DNA from: Negativicutes bacterium
Lineage (GTDB): Bacteria > Bacillota > Negativicutes > UBA1444
Length of the DNA stretch: 64,000 bases
Direction of reading: 5' to 3'
NCBI GenBank assembly: GCA_963665275.2
Contig: CAXXIN010000014.1
Location: forward strand, 128,001-192,000
Positions 18,836 through 28,037 of this stretch are shown here, piece by piece. Each line of letters starts with the position of its first letter. Position 1 is the first letter of the stretch. Below the pieces are notes generated by a model. That model made no database searches. It had not been told where the DNA came from and was given only the letters and a program-made list of their open reading frames with translations. A program made the position numbers and the translations under genes.

Positions 18836-18864
18836 AACATAATTATACGAGGAGGAAGCTCATC

Positions 18865-20412
18865 ATGTTAACAGAGTATCGCAACGAACCGTTTACGAAT
18901 TTCTCCATTCCCGAAAACAAGGCTGCCATGGAAGCGGCGCTGTCCTTGGTAGCGTCGCAGAAGGGCAGACATTATCCCCTGAAAATCGGTGGCGTTGCCA
19001 TCGATACGGAAGCGAAGATCACTTCGGTCAATCCCTCTTATATCGAGGAAGTGGTCGGCACCGTGGCCCGCGCCAACATTGAGTTGGCGGACAAAGCTGT
19101 AAAAGCGGCCGCCGACGCCTTTAAAACGTGGAAATTCATTGAGCCGGAAACCCGCGCTCGACTGATTTTCAAAGCGGCTGCCATTCTGCGCCGCCGCAAG
19201 TTCGAGTACTCCGCCTGGTTGGTGGAGGAAGCCGGCAAGAACTGGGCCGAAGCGGACGCCGATACGGCGGAAGCCATCGACTTCATGGAATATTATGGCC
19301 GCGAAATGCTGCGTTATGCCGCAGGGATGACTGTGACATCCTACCCCGGAGAGCAGAATGAATGCGTCTATATTCCGTTGGGCGTGGGCGTGGTCATTCC
19401 GCCCTGGAACTTCCCTCTGGCAATCCTGGCAGGGATGACCGCGGCGGCTGTGGTTGCAGGCAACACCGTCATCATGAAGCCGGCCAGCAGCACACCGGTT
19501 ATTGCGGCCAAACTGATGGAGCTGTTTGAAGAGGCCGGTGTTCCTGCCGGCGTTATCAACTATCTGCCTGGCAGTGGCGGCAGCATCGGCGACGCGCTGG
19601 TGTCCCATCCCCAGGTACGGTTTATCAACTTCACCGGTTCCAGGGATGTCGGCCTGCGGATCAATAAATTGGCTGCAGACGTAGTGCCGGGACAGATCTG
19701 GATCAAACGGGTGATCGCTGAAATGGGCGGCAAGGATGCGATCATCGTGGATGATGAGGCTGATCTCGAAGAAGCGGCGACCGGCATTGTAACGTCGGCC
19801 TTCGGTTTCCAGGGGCAGAAGTGCTCGGCCTGCTCGCGCGCGATTGTCGTAAAAAGCGTTTACGATGAACTGGTAGCGAAAGTTGTGGCCAAAACAAAAG
19901 CGCTGAAAGTCGGACCGGCAGCCGAATTTGGCGTAAACATGGGTCCGGTGGTGGATGAAAGCGCTTACAAGAAAGTGCTGGATTATATTGAAATCGGCAA
20001 AGGCGAAGCCCGTCTGGTCGCAGGCGGCAACAAAGCGGGCGACAAGGGCTGGTTCATCGAACCGACGGTATTCGCTGACGCGCCTGCCACTTCCCGCATC
20101 GCACAGGAAGAAATCTTCGGGCCGTTCGTAGCCATCATTCCGGCTGCTGATTTTTCCGAAGCTCTCGACATCGCCAATGGCACCGAATATGGTCTGACCG
20201 GCGCCGTATTTTCCAAGAACCGTGCCAAGTTGGAGCGGGCACGCCGCGAATTCCACGTCGGCAATCTTTATCTTAACCGCAAATGCACAGGGGCATTGGT
20301 CGGCGTGCAGCCCTTTGGCGGCTTCAACATGTCAGGCACCGACTCCAAAGCTGGTGGCGCCGACTATATGCTGCTTTTCATGCAGGCCAAATCGGTTGCG
20401 GAAAAACTCTAA
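18865..20412 (+). CDS. pruA: 1-pyrroline-5-carboxylate dehydrogenase (RocA/PruA)
   Basis: [28 protein letters not shown] and [21 protein letters not shown] motifs; the upstream ORF extension is IS DNA. Confidence 0.93.
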   Translation: MLTEYRNEPFTNFSIPENKAAMEAALSLVASQKGRHYPLKIGGVAIDTEAKITSVNPSYIEEVVGTVARANIELADKAVKAAADAFKTWKFIEPETRARLIFKAAAILRRRKFEYSAWLVEEAGKNWAEADADTAEAIDFMEYYGREMLRYAAGMTVTSYPGEQNECVYIPLGVGVVIPPWNFPLAILAGMTAAAVVAGNTVIMKPASSTPVIAAKLMELFEEAGVPAGVINYLPGSGGSIGDALVSHPQVRFINFTGSRDVGLRINKLAADVVPGQIWIKRVIAEMGGKDAIIVDDEADLEEAATGIVTSAFGFQGQKCSACSRAIVVKSVYDELVAKVVAKTKALKVGPAAEFGVNMGPVVDESAYKKVLDYIEIGKGEARLVAGGNKAGDKGWFIEPTVFADAPATSRIAQEEIFGPFVAIIPAADFSEALDIANGTEYGLTGAVFSKNRAKLERARREFHVGNLYLNRKCTGALVGVQPFGGFNMSGTDSKAGGADYMLLFMQAKSVAEKL

Positions 20413-20554
20413 GATTGCATTTGAATTACCTGTCTTGGATGACGATAATAAAGAAGGGGCTGTCTCAATAAGAATTTGATATGCTCCCTTCAAGGTAGAC
20501 AGATGAAATAAAAAAACATTGGTATGCCACCCATTAAGTAGACAAGGGAAATAG

Positions 20555-21466
20555 TTAAATTGAACAGTAATGCATTTCAAACTGCCTTGGGGACTTGTAT
20601 CCCAAGGCAGAATGTCTTCTCTGCCTATTGTAGAATATTTCTATATACTCAAACACTGCCTTCTTGGCGATTTCTCGATTAGCGAACATTCCCATCCCTC
20701 GCATTAACTCGGTTTTTAATGTCTTATGGAAAGCCTCAGCAACAGCATTATCATAAGGATTTCCGGGCCTGCTCATGCTGGCGATTAAGCCATGTTTGCT
20801 GAGCAAGTCCTTATATTTTTTGCCCATGAATTGCGATCCCCGATCCGTATGGACCACCAGGCCAGGCATTGGACTTTCTGCCCAGACTGCCGCTTGAATT
20901 GCGGTGAGTGCCAATTGTTCTCTCATTTGTTTATCCATGGACCATCCTATAACTTTTCGGGTGTAAACATCCAAATACACCATCAGGTAAAGAAATCCTT
21001 CTCTAGTTTTTATATATGTAATATCTCCAACCCAAATTTTATTCTTATCCTCTGCCCTAAAGTATTGCCCAAGGATGTTTTCACTAGCAAGGGCCCCTGT
21101 GCTTTTCCGGTAAACCCCATGCTTCTTTCTCGGATATTCTGCAGTGAAGCCCAATTCTCTCATACGTAGAACAATCCGTTTATGATTTACCTTCCGTCCG
21201 CGCGATTCTAGCTCCGCCTTAATCCTTCGATAACCATAACGTTTCTTGTACTGAAAATAGATTTCCGTGATTTCCTCGTTGAGTACTTCGTTCTCTATGG
21301 CGCGCCGACTTTTCCTTGCATGAATGAATTTGTAGTAGCCAGCGCGAGAGACTTTCAGCACGCTGCACATGAGTTTTGTGCTAAAGTGCTTTGAGTGTTG
21401 CTTAATGAACTCGAATTTCTTGTGTTTGAATGTGTTTATGCCTTGAGGAAGGCTTGAAACTTTTTT
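20555..21466 (-). CDS. IS3 OrfB (DDE integrase core), entered by -1 frameshift
   Basis: WVGDITYI, HTDRGSQF and DNAVAEAF motifs; frame open from the AAAAAAG slippery site at 21460-21466. Confidence 0.9.
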   Translation of the reverse strand, partial: KKVSSLPQGINTFKHKKFEFIKQHSKHFSTKLMCSVLKVSRAGYYKFIHARKSRRAIENEVLNEEITEIYFQYKKRYGYRRIKAELESRGRKVNHKRIVLRMRELGFTAEYPRKKHGVYRKSTGALASENILGQYFRAEDKNKIWVGDITYIKTREGFLYLMVYLDVYTRKVIGWSMDKQMREQLALTAIQAAVWAESPMPGLVVHTDRGSQFMGKKYKDLLSKHGLIASMSRPGNPYDNAVAEAFHKTLKTELMRGMGMFANREIAKKAVFEYIEIFYNRQRRHSALGYKSPRQFEMHYCSI

Positions 21467-21720
21467 AGGATATCGCGTTCCTGCTCCAATTGTTCAATTC
21501 TTTTTTGAAGTGTGCGAATTTCGAACTCTGGATCTCTGATAGGATTGCCAGAGCCAGTGAAGGCCTGTTCGCCAGACGTTTCGTATTCCTTGACCCAACG
21601 AGCAACCATGTTTCGTGATAGTTCTAGAGCGCTTGCAACTGACGCAGAACTTTTGCCTTCCTCAAGTACTTGTTTTACAACTTGAACTTTAAATTCCCGG
21701 TTAAATTTCTTTCGAGACAT
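21436..21720 (-). CDS. IS3 OrfA (HTH)
   Basis: MSRKKFNREFK...ERDILKK pattern. Confidence 0.9.
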   Translation of the reverse strand: MSRKKFNREFKVQVVKQVLEEGKSSASVASALELSRNMVARWVKEYETSGEQAFTGSGNPIRDPEFEIRTLQKRIEQLEQERDILKKFQAFLKA

Positions 21721-21800
21721 AAAATCCCCCCCTTGTTAATCAGTTGTACGTTTTCACCATACTTCCTGTCTACCAAGAGGGGGTCATACCAAATTTTTCT

Positions 21801-21834
21801 TATTTCATTCGTCTACTTGACGGGGGGCAGTTCA
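21801..21834. mobile_element. Orphan terminal IR of a second IS3-like element
   Basis: Reverse complement tgaactgccccccgtcaagtagacgaatgaaata resembles the IS end at 20477. Confidence 0.6.
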
Positions 21835-22366
21835 ATTGAGGCAGTCCCTTCTTTCGTCTAAAAATACGGGCAGCAGGTTCCGAAGAACCTGACTCTCGGT
21901 GTAAAATTAGACTACATGAAAAACTCTACACGACTAAATTTTCGCCAAAAATAACTTCATATCAATTGGTGTTGTCGCTCAACATAGAAATGTTCATCCC
22001 TGAAAATAATTCAGTCCGGCTGCTAAGCGAAATCATGGATCAACTCGACTAACCCTCTACAAAGCCTACTCGCGCAAAGGAAAAAAACCGCCGGAGTGCG
22101 CACTGCGGCTAAAAGCCGCCCCAGAGGCGTGGCAGGTATTGTTGCTTTGAATTCGGGGTCCAAGTTGTCCAGCGGAAAATCTGCCGCTGGGTTTAATTTT
22201 TCCATGGGCAGGAAATAAGAAATGATTGCGAGAAACAAGAGAAAGACCATCGCAAAAGCGGAGGAGCCGATAAGAAACGGAGTGTGTTGAATTGCTGCAA
22301 GTCATGTGCGAAAGTTGAGTATATAATCAAAGTTACAGGAGTATTTAAAGAAGGAGTACCGATCAG

Positions 22367-23110
22367 TTGTCAGAAATCAATGTTTTAATTGTTGATGATG
22401 AAGTTGAAATTTGTGATCTGCTCACGATGTATTTAAACCGAGAGGGATATCGGACTTGCTCTGTGTATGATGGAATTCGTGCGGTTGAGGAGGCTGTCCG
22501 CATTCAACCTAATATTATTTTGCTTGATGTTTTATTGTTGGGGATGGATGGAATAGAAGTTTGTGCACAACTACGCCGCCATACGGAAGTGCCTATTCTT
22601 TTTATTAGCTGCAAAGGTGAAGATGACGATAAAATTGTCGCATTGGGGGTAGGTGGTGACGATTATATTGTGAAACCATTTAGCCCGCGGGAAGTAGTAG
22701 CGAGAGTTAAAGCCCATCTGCGCCGTTATTGCAAAAGTTCCCGTATCGATGAAATAAAATTTGACACTTTGAGAATCAATGAATTGAATCGCACTGTGCA
22801 TATAGATAATGCTTTTATCAATCTCTCCAACACCGAGTTTGATATTTTGCTTTTGCTGGCGCAAAATCCAGGTGTAGTGTATAGTGCGGAAGAAATTTAC
22901 CGGCGTTTATGGGTAATGGACGATATGGAAGATACGCGTACTGTATTAGTGCATATCAGCAACCTGCGCAAAAAAATTGATGTTGATTTGACGCAATCAA
23001 GATACATTCTAACTATTTGGGGTAAGGGATATAAATTTAATGATCGCTGGCTCAATGGTGAAAACATGCCAGATGCCGGAATGGACAGTCGGTTGAGAAT
23101 GAAAAAATGA
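22367..23110 (+). CDS. OmpR-family response regulator
   Basis: REC domain (VDDE, LLDV, KPF) plus winged helix (VHISNLRKKI, TIWGKGYKF). Confidence 0.92.
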   Translation: MSEINVLIVDDEVEICDLLTMYLNREGYRTCSVYDGIRAVEEAVRIQPNIILLDVLLLGMDGIEVCAQLRRHTEVPILFISCKGEDDDKIVALGVGGDDYIVKPFSPREVVARVKAHLRRYCKSSRIDEIKFDTLRINELNRTVHIDNAFINLSNTEFDILLLLAQNPGVVYSAEEIYRRLWVMDDMEDTRTVLVHISNLRKKIDVDLTQSRYILTIWGKGYKFNDRWLNGENMPDAGMDSRLRMKK

Positions 23111-25179
23111 AAAAACATTCTCCGGCGCTTCTAGGGATAGTATTCTGTATTCTATTGGGATATTTAATTTATATGTTAAATATCATGGACACCCAGTCCG
23201 GCTTTTTCATCAGGGATGGCTGGCAATACCGCTGGGGGGATTCGCCGGTGGCCGCCGACGGCAAACCGACATGGGCAGTCGAAAAAAATGAGAATGGCGA
23301 ATGGCGCGATTTTTCATTCCCCAGCCAGCCGCCGGGATGGGATGGCGCCAGCGTACTCTGGCTGCGTGGCAGACTTCCCGACACGAGGTATGAGCACCCG
23401 GTCTTGTTCATGGTTTTTGTTCGCCAGCATCTGGAGTGCTGGGTGGATGGCAGGTCGGTTTATCATTATGGAGAAATTCCAGTTCCAGCAGGCGATCGAT
23501 ATAACCCTTGGTTTCCCTGGCATATGGTGTTGTTACCTGAGGATTCGGCAGGCAAGGAAGTCTATCTGCGTGTTCATTCAATTGGACCGACTATCGGGAT
23601 TGCGCATTTTCCGCGGTTGAGTTCTCTCAACGATTTACTGACAACACGTATAAAAATGGATTTTACCAAGAACGCTGTGACGGCGCTTTGCTTTTTTATC
23701 GGCGTGGTTGCGTTGGCCGTTGCCATGTACAGGCGGAATTTACAAAGTTATTACGCTCTTGCCGGCTGCGCATTTTGCAATGGAATCGTGGTGTTGAGCA
23801 CTACGTTCGCGTTGAGTCGGCTATTTGAATCAGACCAGTTTGTGCTGCTTCTGGTGATGGTCGGATCGTCGTTTGGACAAGGTTTTTGGCTCTGGTTCCT
23901 GGAGTCAGGCGTTGAAACGAATTGCTGCCGGATTGTGCGCAAAGCACGCTATATTGCTTTTGGAATCGCCGCCGCAGGACTGCTCCTGGTGTTGCAGGAT
24001 TCCAGCCAGGTGACGAGGATCCTCAATGTTCTTTTCTTGCTGCTTCTGATTAACCTAAGCCTCATGATGTATGTATTTCGCGGTCAGCTTGTTGTGAACA
24101 GGGATGCGCAAATTTATGCATTCGGCAGCATCGTCTGGGCGATTGCCATGGGGATCGACGCACTAAGGTCAGCAGGAGTTGTCATGCTGACAACTCCCAT
24201 CAGTGCTTTTGGCCAATTTATTGACATTGCCTGTCTGATAGCCATTGTCAGTCGTCGGGTGGCGGCCTTGTACTTCCAGCGCGAACAGGATGCAAAACTA
24301 ATCAGGGAAAACAATGAGCGCCTAAACCAGATGAATACGATGGTCAACCAGATGAACAATCAATTGGAAAAAACGGTTGCTGCACGGACGCAAGAACTGA
24401 CCGAAACAACAATCCTGCTGCAAGAAAAAGTTCAAAAACTGGATATGATGGAGAATGCTAGAAAACATTTGTTGAGCAATATCGCCCACGATTTGCGTAC
24501 ACCCATCACCATGATTGGCGGTCATGTGGAAGCCATTATAGATGGTGTGGCAAAAGAACCGGAACAGCAGCAAAAATCGCTGCGCATCGTTCACGCAAAA
24601 ATTCTGCAGCTCAATCGGCGAATCGAAGATGTCTTTACCCTATCCAGACTGGAGTCGCGTTCCTTGATACTCAAGAAACAGAAAGTCAGGAGCGGGGATC
24701 TGCTGCAGGAGATTGCATCCTGCTATGAAGCGGATATCCTGGGAGCAGGCATTCATTTAGTGCATGCCGCCGGGGCAAATAGTCAAGATTGTATCATTGA
24801 TATTGATCCCGGGCGCATGGATCAGGTTTTTGCCAATTTAATCTATAATGCACTCCGTTATACACCGCGCGGCGGAAAAATTATTTTGTCGGCGATGTAC
24901 CGGAATGGGATGGATGAAGTCATCTTATCGGTTCGGGATAACGGCTCCGGTATTGCCGCCGCTGAACTGGAACGAATCTTCCAGCGTTTTTATGTCGGAG
25001 ACGATGTGCCGTATGAAACCGGTAGCGGTACTGGCTTGGGCCTGGCCATCGCCAGGGAGATTGTTGAAATGCACGGGGGACGAATTTGGGCTGAAAGTGT
25101 TATCGATCAGGGGAGTGTATTTCATATCGCGCTTCCCGCGAGGCAGGGGAACTTGGCCGTGATGTCAGTAAGCGGCTAA
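23107..25179 (+). CDS. Membrane sensor histidine kinase (extracellular beta-rich domain plus 7TM-like region)
   Basis: AHDLRTP H-box, NLIYNA, DNGSGI and GTGLGLAI motifs. Confidence 0.9.
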   Translation: MKKHSPALLGIVFCILLGYLIYMLNIMDTQSGFFIRDGWQYRWGDSPVAADGKPTWAVEKNENGEWRDFSFPSQPPGWDGASVLWLRGRLPDTRYEHPVLFMVFVRQHLECWVDGRSVYHYGEIPVPAGDRYNPWFPWHMVLLPEDSAGKEVYLRVHSIGPTIGIAHFPRLSSLNDLLTTRIKMDFTKNAVTALCFFIGVVALAVAMYRRNLQSYYALAGCAFCNGIVVLSTTFALSRLFESDQFVLLLVMVGSSFGQGFWLWFLESGVETNCCRIVRKARYIAFGIAAAGLLLVLQDSSQVTRILNVLFLLLLINLSLMMYVFRGQLVVNRDAQIYAFGSIVWAIAMGIDALRSAGVVMLTTPISAFGQFIDIACLIAIVSRRVAALYFQREQDAKLIRENNERLNQMNTMVNQMNNQLEKTVAARTQELTETTILLQEKVQKLDMMENARKHLLSNIAHDLRTPITMIGGHVEAIIDGVAKEPEQQQKSLRIVHAKILQLNRRIEDVFTLSRLESRSLILKKQKVRSGDLLQEIASCYEADILGAGIHLVHAAGANSQDCIIDIDPGRMDQVFANLIYNALRYTPRGGKIILSAMYRNGMDEVILSVRDNGSGIAAAELERIFQRFYVGDDVPYETGSGTGLGLAIAREIVEMHGGRIWAESVIDQGSVFHIALPARQGNLAVMSVSG

Positions 25180-25194
25180 AATACCGGTGGCAGA

Positions 25195-25254
25195 AGCAAA
25201 CAAAAGGCAGGTTTGATTGGTCAAAGTGGCAATTAAATCTGTCTTTTGTTTGCT
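25195..25254 (+). terminator. Long hairpin after the kinase gene
   Basis: agcaaacaaaaggcaggtttgattg...caattaaatctgtcttttgtttgct. Confidence 0.55.
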
Positions 25255-25360
25255 AGGCAGTATTTTCTAAAGAATTCTTTAGAAAATACTGCTGTTTTTT
25301 TTGATACACTGAGAAAAACATGGGTATTTTTAGATTCTGCGAAAAGAAAGAGGGAACGTC

Positions 25361-27970
25361 TTGAGGCCCAATTCAGAGTTCATTAATGATTTTGTGGAAG
25401 AGGCTCTCTTGCATATTGCTACTGTTGAAGATGCACTACTGAAAGTAGAAACGGGCAATTATGCCGAAGAAACGGTCAATGAGATATTTCGGGCGGTTCA
25501 CAGTATTAAGGGGGCTGCGGGGCTTTTTAATTTTGTTCGTATTGCCGAACTGGCGCATGCGGCTGAAACTCTTTTTGGGGCTATCAGAGATAAAACTGTC
25601 TCGCTGAACAGTCCGATTGTTGATGCTGTTCTTGCGGTAGCCGACTTGCTGAAGGAAATGATTGGTTGCCTCGAAACGAGCGATACATACGATATTAACG
25701 CGCAGGTGCAGCGCCTGAAAACTTTCTTGCCTGCCCCCCAAGGGTCTGTGGAGGAAAACAAAAACCTATGGGGTTTAGGGGACACGATTGCCAGTGATAA
25801 AAAGCCGGCGGAAATTTGCAATGAAACAAAAGATAACCCTGATCGAGAAAACAACCGGGCGAAAGTGGAAAAAGAAAAAAGTATTCGGGTGGGGGTCGGC
25901 GTATTTGATGATTTGCTGGTTCTCGCCGGTGAAATGGTATTGCGGCGAAACCAGTTGATGTGTCTCGTGGGGATGGGGGTTACCCGAACGGAAGAACTGC
26001 AGATGGTGGCAAAAGACATTGATTTGGTAACGACCGCATTGCAGGAAAAAGTTCTGAAAGCCAGGATGCAGCCAGTCGCCAATCTGTTTAACAAGTTTCA
26101 CCGAATTGTCCGCGACCTATCGCGGAAACTGGGCAAAGAAATAGAATTAAGAATCGAAGGCGACCAGGTTGAACTGGATAAATCTACTATTGAGGCGCTT
26201 GGTGATCCGTTGATCCATATCGTCAGAAACGCGATTGACCACGGGATCGAACCGACGAATATCCGTGAAGAACGGAAGAAACCCTACATTGCACATGTGA
26301 CCATCAGGGCTTACCATGAGGCTGGCAAGGTCACCATTGACGTGGAGGATGACGGCGTCGGGATCGATCCCGGCAAGATAGCGGCCAAAGCGCTGGAAAG
26401 AGGGCTTGTGACCGAACAGCAGTTGACTGCCATGAATGAAAGCGAAATTATTTATTTAATAATGCGCCCCGGGTTTTCTACTGTCGACGAAGTCACCGCA
26501 TTGTCGGGGCGGGGCGTCGGCATGGATATTGTAAAGAACAATATCGAGAAACTTGGCGGCAAGGTCGAACTCCTGTCCAGCGTCGGATACGGCTCCATCG
26601 TCCGGTTGGTCCTGCCTCTCACCCTGGCAATTATTCCTGCCGTGATCGTGCAGAGTGCCGACTTTACAGCCGCAATCCCGCAGGCGAACTTGCAGGAATT
26701 GGTATTGCTTCAACCGGATGATGAAAAGCGCTCCATCGAACTGGTCATGGGGTATCCGGTCCTGCGTCTCAGGGAGCGCTTATTCCCGCTGTTACGGCTT
26801 ACGGATATCATCGGGGATACCCGGCTGGGAATTGACACCGGGAGTGCTGAATACTTCTGTGATCCGGAAAAAATCTTTCAAATCGTTGTGCTAAATTTTG
26901 GAAATCGAATTTTTGCGCTGGAAGTTGATAAGGTATATGATCACGAAGAAATTCTGGTAAAACCACTGCCGCCAACTCTGATAAAATCCAATTATTATAT
27001 GGGATTTGCCGTTTTGGGCGATGGTCGTATCGCATTCATTCTGAATCCCGAGGAAATCAGAAACCATGTCGGCTTGCGGCCGTTAGCGACTGAAGCGGCT
27101 GTAGACAGCATCAGGGGTAGCCAGTTGCCGGAAGAGGAACAGAGTTTGTTGCTGTTCTCTACCGCCGGTGGAGAAACCATCGGTATCGACATCACCCTGG
27201 TGAGCCGGGTTGAAACCCATGAGGCAGCGGCGATTCAGCGGATTCGGTCAAAAGAGTACGTCATATCACGTGGCAAGCCGCTGAGAATCATCAGGCCCGA
27301 ATACTATTTGCCTGTTGCATCCCCGAAAGACGGGTCGGACTCCATTCATCTCATTATTCCTAAATTAGTAAAGCAATCGGTGGGGATCGTCGCAAGGGGA
27401 ATCGGCGAGATTGTCAAGACTGCAGTGGCATTGAATGAGGAAGGGCCTGGCGGTTGCGGACTAATCGGGTCAACGCTGATTAACGACCGTATTGTCCTAT
27501 TGCTGAATATCTATGAGTTGTTGGAACAGGCCCTGCCTGAAACCTGTAAAGTAAGCACCTCCGTTATACGGAAACAGGAAAAAAGCCCGCTTGCACCGAC
27601 TGCTGCACGTGTGTTACTGGTGGAAGATCGGGCTTTTTTTTCCAAGGTGACAAAGGGCTATCTGGAGAGTGCCGGGATGGAAGTCAAATTGGCCGCTGAT
27701 GGTCGGGAAGCTCTCGATATATTGGAGCAGGATGAAGTCGATTTGGTGATCAGCGATATCGAAATGCCGGTGATGAACGGCTACGAACTCATCAGGGCCA
27801 TTCGGGCCAATGAACGGTTGCGCAAGTTGCCGGCGATAGCCCTGACCTCGCTTCTTGGAGAGGCAAACAAGGAAAAAGGGCTGCGGTCCGGATTCGACGC
27901 CTATGAGTATAAACTGGACCGGGATCGGTTGCTTAAAACTGCGCAGCGGTTTTTGGGCCGCTCCGAATAG
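25361..27970 (+). CDS. cheA: Hybrid CheA (Hpt, dimerization, HATPase, two CheW-like domains, REC)
   Basis: FRAVHSIKG, HIVRNAIDHG and SGRGVGMD motifs; C-terminal SDIEMP receiver. Confidence 0.9.
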   Translation: MRPNSEFINDFVEEALLHIATVEDALLKVETGNYAEETVNEIFRAVHSIKGAAGLFNFVRIAELAHAAETLFGAIRDKTVSLNSPIVDAVLAVADLLKEMIGCLETSDTYDINAQVQRLKTFLPAPQGSVEENKNLWGLGDTIASDKKPAEICNETKDNPDRENNRAKVEKEKSIRVGVGVFDDLLVLAGEMVLRRNQLMCLVGMGVTRTEELQMVAKDIDLVTTALQEKVLKARMQPVANLFNKFHRIVRDLSRKLGKEIELRIEGDQVELDKSTIEALGDPLIHIVRNAIDHGIEPTNIREERKKPYIAHVTIRAYHEAGKVTIDVEDDGVGIDPGKIAAKALERGLVTEQQLTAMNESEIIYLIMRPGFSTVDEVTALSGRGVGMDIVKNNIEKLGGKVELLSSVGYGSIVRLVLPLTLAIIPAVIVQSADFTAAIPQANLQELVLLQPDDEKRSIELVMGYPVLRLRERLFPLLRLTDIIGDTRLGIDTGSAEYFCDPEKIFQIVVLNFGNRIFALEVDKVYDHEEILVKPLPPTLIKSNYYMGFAVLGDGRIAFILNPEEIRNHVGLRPLATEAAVDSIRGSQLPEEEQSLLLFSTAGGETIGIDITLVSRVETHEAAAIQRIRSKEYVISRGKPLRIIRPEYYLPVASPKDGSDSIHLIIPKLVKQSVGIVARGIGEIVKTAVALNEEGPGGCGLIGSTLINDRIVLLLNIYELLEQALPETCKVSTSVIRKQEKSPLAPTAARVLLVEDRAFFSKVTKGYLESAGMEVKLAADGREALDILEQDEVDLVISDIEMPVMNGYELIRAIRANERLRKLPAIALTSLLGEANKEKGLRSGFDAYEYKLDRDRLLKTAQRFLGRSE

Positions 27971-28037
27971 AGAGGCTTCAAAGCCGGCGAAGCAGCTGAA
28001 CGGGGGTAGTATGGAAACGGGACTGGGGGGAGGAGCA

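Larger units (their letters stand above)
17364..18851 (-). mobile_element. Complete IS110-family element with a GAG (minus strand CTC) core at both ends
   Basis: GAG at 17364-17366 and 18849-18851; removing the element restores aaaataaaatttGAGgaggaagctcatcATG; no terminal inverted repeats; -35 box near one end and -10 box near the other. Confidence 0.9.
20477..21791 (-). mobile_element. Complete IS3-family element
   Basis: TG...CA ends, imperfect 26-bp IRs (tgatatgctcccttcaaggtagacag / tggtatgaccccctcttggtagacag), AATT target duplication at 20473-20476 and 21792-21795. Confidence 0.92.
20451..21854 (+). terminator. pruA terminator hairpin split by insertions (arms 20451-20469 and 21835-21854)
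   Basis: aagaaggggctgtctcaat pairs with attgaggcagtcccttctt (two G-U pairs). Confidence 0.65.

Noticed and set aside
18637-18864. 76-aa N-terminal extension on the pruA ORF
   Set aside because: It lies mostly inside the IS110 non-coding end; the real start is ATG 18865 behind AGGAGG
22023-22250. 75-aa hydrophobic minus-strand ORF
   Set aside because: No RBS and no assignable family; at most a membrane-gene fragment
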